From Saccostrea cucullata (lineage: Eukaryota), in NCBI RefSeq assembly GCF_032062105.1, contig NW_026925128.1, positions 1 through 64,000 of the forward strand: a stretch of DNA of 64,000 bases, given 5' to 3'. A program made the position numbers and the translations under genes. The notes beneath the pieces were generated by a model. That model was not told where the DNA came from, searched no databases, and saw only the letters and a program-made list of their open reading frames with translations. This document shows positions 61,231-64,000 of this stretch, one piece after another. Numbering within the stretch: position 1 is the stretch's first letter; every line of letters begins with the position of its first letter.

Positions 61231-62700
61231 TTCCCACTTAGCCAAAATTCTGAATTTCTTATTCCCATCTAGCCAAAATTGGGATTTTCACACCTGGGTG
61301 GTCACCTGTTTATAGTCTGTTTCATGCTTAATTTACCTGTAATATTTACCTGTGATGTACTAGTTCATTAATCATATAAATAAATATCATGAATAGTTGT
61401 TTTAGATATAAGAATAATAAATAAAGTCCTACTTATTAATTATTTTAAAATTCATACCTAATATCAATTAATTTAAAAAAAAAATTATATTTTAAAACAC
61501 AGGTTATAGCAATAGATATGAAAAGAGAATGGAGCATGTTAAGCATGATTTATTTAAATAAATTAATTAAAAAAAATGACTTGATAAATTCATTTATCAA
61601 CATAGAGATAAAAAAAAATTAAACCCCAGACAAGAAAGAAAAAAATTGACATATTGGTATTATTACTTATAAATAACTAGGACAATAAAGAGATTGATAG
61701 AAAAAATGAAAAAGCAATTGAGTTTAATTTATTATGTATGAATATTAGTGCTAATTATTAAAACTCATGTACGCACATGATTAAAATTGGATTAAGTGCC
61801 TTCATGCACACGTGTGTTTATAATATATTTCTTATACGCATATGTGCAATTAAAAATAAGTATTTTATTGACAAAAAAATCAAAACAGTATAAACACAAC
61901 TCATATAACCCTCAATTGTTGTAACATTAAATTTGTTTAAATTATCAATATATAATTTGATTTATTTAGTACACTAGAATATTATACGTGTCCAAAACTG
62001 ATATTAAATTCATAATGTACCAAAAAATCTCATTTAGAAGTAAAGTCACTGTCTTTAGAAAAAATGTCCATATTCATTTTAAAAAGCCATTGATTTCTCC
62101 CTTAATATCAGATGCACATTGAAAATGAACAAAATGCATGTAATTTGAATGATAGAAAGAGAAGAAAAAAACTTATATAACTCTGATCTTGCACAAGTAT
62201 GAGCATAATTTATTTGTAAAACGTTTATTTGAAAATGAACACTATTGGCCTTAACAATTATTTTATCATGCAATCATTTTATCAAATTCAATTTTTTTAG
62301 ATTAATTTGATTTTTTTCATTAAATGAATTACAATTTAAACACATGAATTACGGTAGATTCCAGATTCAAATAAGCTAAAATATCAAATCACAGATATTA
62401 AAAATGAATAGATATATTTTTTAAATTACAAATTAAATCAATGCAAATGAAATTTAAAAAGAAAAATTAATTTTTTATTAATAATTAATTTGAATAATTG
62501 AAAATATGAATTTATTAATAAATATTGAATTCAATACCATTCAATTAATTGTCAGACTTTTTCAAGGGTTAATCTAAAACAGACTATAGGTCACCTGTAA
62601 TTAATTTCTTTTGTTCTCTCCCTCCCCTTACCTGTACACCATTCCCACTTAGCCAAAACCAGTCACCGGTACTTTTTTCAGAATTTTGGCTAAGTGGGAA
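61231..62700. mobile_element. Non-autonomous TIR element with very AT-rich interior
   Basis: 24-bp perfect TIR TTCCCACTTAGCCAAAATTCTGAA (61231-61254 / 62677-62700), extra motif copies at ~61263 and ~62642, inner inverted TATAGTCTGTTT. Confidence 0.8.
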
Positions 62701-62913
62701 GACACCGTGGGATCAGTAGCGTAGAAGTAGGTGTCCCCCCTGTCGACTGATCACAATTAAAACACTGCGAGCCCTATCAGTTGAACAGAATACTCTGTAT
62801 AGTCATATGCACAAGATTTTATAGTTTCGAATTTCAAATAATGGTCTAACTATTCATAGAAAACAACAGCTAAATTATGACCCCAATGAGCTTTTGTTAA
62901 TAAGGCCATTATA

Positions 62914-64000
62914 CGAGGGTTGATCCAAAAGTAATGTCACAACTTTGATAAAATTGCTATGAATTGACGTAAAGCAACAAAATTATACGTATACATGATG
63001 GAAGCTTTATTTATTTCAAATCGGATTTTAAACAATGCGCGTTTATGGTAGTCGCCGCACCTAAATATAACGTCATATGACGGATACACACCGTCATACT
63101 TTAAGCGTTTCCCCTTCTTTTCATAAAAAATATTTGTGATTCGCACACACTTTCACTAATTCCACTTTCTTCAAGAATTCTTGGTACTATTATACACTCT
63201 TTTCATAATTCATCTCTCTGTCAAAATTTTTTTAACAGTAGCATCAGACAAACTTAAAAATTCACATATCACTCTATTAGTCTATACGTCTGTCTTTTTT
63301 GACAACATCAGACACCATTGAACGTTTCCGTCCGATCTCATATCTTTCGGTCTTCTTAACCTCTGCTAATCATTCAGTGACCAATCACCCGCCCAAAATT
63401 GCTGAAACCATCTATTAAGATGTCTCTTATTTACATTCTTTATTCCTTAAGTCTGACTGATTAACGAAAATGTCGCTAGTGATGATTCCCATATTTTGAA
63501 GCAAAAATGCATTACAACTCGTCGAGCCTTTTTTCCCCATTTCGACAATCCTTTTGTTCAATTCAACAGAGTAAAACAACAATATTTTATATTTATGATC
63601 ACAAATACCAATGCCGTCTTTTAATTTTCAATTGTAGACTAGAAAATGACAAGAGTTGTGTCTTAAAAAAAATTTCTGAGATTCGGTGCTTTTTAGAATC
63701 TTTTTAATGTGTTTGTCTTTTTCATTCTAAAAAAAAATACACTTTAAAAAGTGACGTTCCGTTGTGACGCGGTGACACTCCCTAAGCTCTATGTTTTAAA
63801 CATCTATGAAATATATTCAAATAAACATGATAAAGTTAAATTTTCAATGTTAATTAGATTCATATTTGTGAATCTTTTGGTATTATGTACTTCATAATAT
63901 GACGCCAAATATAAAAGATATGTATGGTGGCATATTTCTGTCCCTTGTGTGCAAGTTATTTTTCTCTCAAATATGTCGACATGCAAGATTGATATGTTAA
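62914..64000 (-). mobile_element. Decayed, internally deleted mariner-like element; other end not seen in the window
   Basis: TA|CGAGGGTTGATCCAAAAGTAATG terminus; minus-strand remnant at ~63170-63415 reads RWFQQF..GDWSLND..RP..KKDRR..SLSDATVKKILT..VPRIL, resembling the mariner HTH to WVPxxL region. Confidence 0.7.

Overview
AT-rich, repeat-dense eukaryotic (metazoan) genomic DNA. The repeat families (Helentron/HINE-like elements with ~166-bp satellite cores, Deu/Nin-type SINEs) suggest an oyster or other bivalve, which is an inference. Two multi-exon genes lie head-to-head. On the minus strand is a PX + 5xSH3 adaptor (Tks5/SH3PXD2-like, ~14.3-44.0 kb, ~1050 aa). On the plus strand is UPF3 (46133-56315, 12 coding exons, 673 aa). 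The most striking observation is that the Tks5-like locus appears to be a modular isoform system. Four candidate alternative ATG-containing first exons in its introns each end in a donor of the phase needed to splice onto the SH3 exons and bypass the PX domain. A candidate alternative terminal exon would also drop SH3-4 and SH3-5. A small spliced single-pass membrane protein gene that I cannot identify lies at ~7.8-8.5 kb. One PX exon (~40.2 kb) sits in what looks like a chimeric assembly consensus. The remainder is transposon-derived: HINE-like satellite elements, TA-flanked MITEs (one nested), a 1.3-kb foldback element, intronic palindromes, SINEs, a decayed RTE-like LINE and a decayed mariner. 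All gene models are hand-derived from sequence and lack transcript support.
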